DNA of 61,341 nt, filler included. It is 9 parts of 9 records of this genome, joined end to end, with 100 filler letters (N's around TTAATTAATTAA, not from the genome) between each part and the next. Parts side by side here need not be neighbours in the genome. Positions count along the whole stretch, not along the records: positions 52,571 to 61,341 come from SRR20825010_2746; 8 more parts are not named here. One strand, written 5' to 3'. The position numbers were made by a program, and so were the translations under genes. Position 1 is the stretch's first letter; each line of letters opens with the position of its first letter. Below, piece by piece: positions 60,802 through 61,341 of the stretch. The notes under the pieces were generated by a model. That model was not told the DNA's origin. It worked only from the letters and a program-made list of their open reading frames with translations, and did no database searches.

Positions 60802-61341
60802 GCCGGTGCCTTTGCGCTGAGCGCGGCGGTAATCCCGGAGATTGTCTGCTCCCAGCCTTCTTCAAACGGTTTGCCGAAGCTCTTGATGCTCGGGAAGCCG
60901 GGGAAGCCGTTCGTGCCGTATTGTACGAAAAGCGGCCGGGGATGGAACAGCCATGTCTCTTGTCCAAGGGCGCCGCCGATCCAGCCGAGCGTACTGCTCG
61001 GGCAGATCAGCACGTCCACGGACGAGACGAGTGCAAGGATGTCGTCGAAATTATCGGTCAGGTCGAGATCCGGCAGGATGGTTGGGCCATGACCTGTCTC
61101 GCGCTTGAGGGTTTCGATCTCCATGTCCCAGTCCTCGCCGTACTGGATCGAGACGGTCTGGATACCGGGCGAGGCGAATAGCGGCAGCCAGTCTTTCAGG
61201 GCGGTATAGTGCGTGTCCCTGAATGCCGTGCTTTTACGGGATCTCCAGGCGAGGGCGACCTTCAGGCCAGCGCCGCTTTTGCCAAGCATGTTTTGAACTT
61301 GAAATATCCGTTCCGGGTCGGGCTTCAGGTAAGGCCGGGTC
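60798..61341 (-). CDS. Second TPR-glycosyltransferase paralogue, C-terminal fragment
   Basis: Frame open to the window end (RPYLKPDPER); VALAWRS, SIQY, DLTDNFD; ATGA overlap with the next gene. Confidence 0.8.
   Translation of the reverse strand, partial: TRPYLKPDPERIFQVQNMLGKSGAGLKVALAWRSRKSTAFRDTHYTALKDWLPLFASPGIQTVSIQYGEDWDMEIETLKRETGHGPTILPDLDLTDNFDDILALVSSVDVLICPSSTLGWIGGALGQETWLFHPRPLFVQYGTNGFPGFPSIKSFGKPFEEGWEQTISGITAALSAKAPA

Overview
This window is not one locus. It joins nine unrelated bacterial contigs with eight artificial 100-nt linkers (N44-TTAATTAATTAA-N44), so gene context is valid only within a segment; all taxon labels below are inferred from gene style and composition. (1) 1-3423, alphaproteobacterial: fatty-acid oxidation multifunctional enzyme, a YeeE/YedE pair, a TIGR01244 sulfurtransferase and a TRAP permease end. 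(2) 3524-6845, a prophage immunity region: a DUF262+HNH (GmrSD-like) nuclease and a small unknown partner lie between a CI-like S24 repressor and a leftward operator/promoter, the position rexAB holds in lambda. (3) 6946-11837: ethylmalonyl-CoA pathway genes ecm/ccr/mcd. (4) 11938-16244: uncharacterised amidohydrolase/DHDPS-like/SDR/PatB/GntR catabolic operon. (5) 16345-27555: Flavobacteriaceae-like housekeeping region with tandem TPR lipoproteins. (6) 27656-30987: Marinobacter-like cysDN/PilZ/rimO. (7) 31088-35392: Thalassospira-like DeoR-ABC operon with a Pho-box promoter. (8) 35493-52470: betaproteobacterial (Limnobacter-like) katG plus a ~14.5 kb catabolic island. (9) 52571-61341: alphaproteobacterial polar amino-acid ABC transporter, a LamG-RTX secreted protein and tandem TPR-glycosyltransferases. 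The strongest candidate for an undescribed system is the segment 8 island. It combines a Tat-exported Rieske protein, a PQQ dehydrogenase with the lanthanide-type DxD motif and no vicinal cysteines, AldA, a porin, an Lva-like 4-hydroxyacyl-CoA module, a 2-hydroxyacyl-CoA-lyase-like ThDP enzyme, a CoA ligase and an orphan pqqA missed by the ORF track. One palindromic operator recurs at three of its promoters. The prophage defence cassette in segment 2 is the second candidate. No rRNA, tRNA or CRISPR array was seen.
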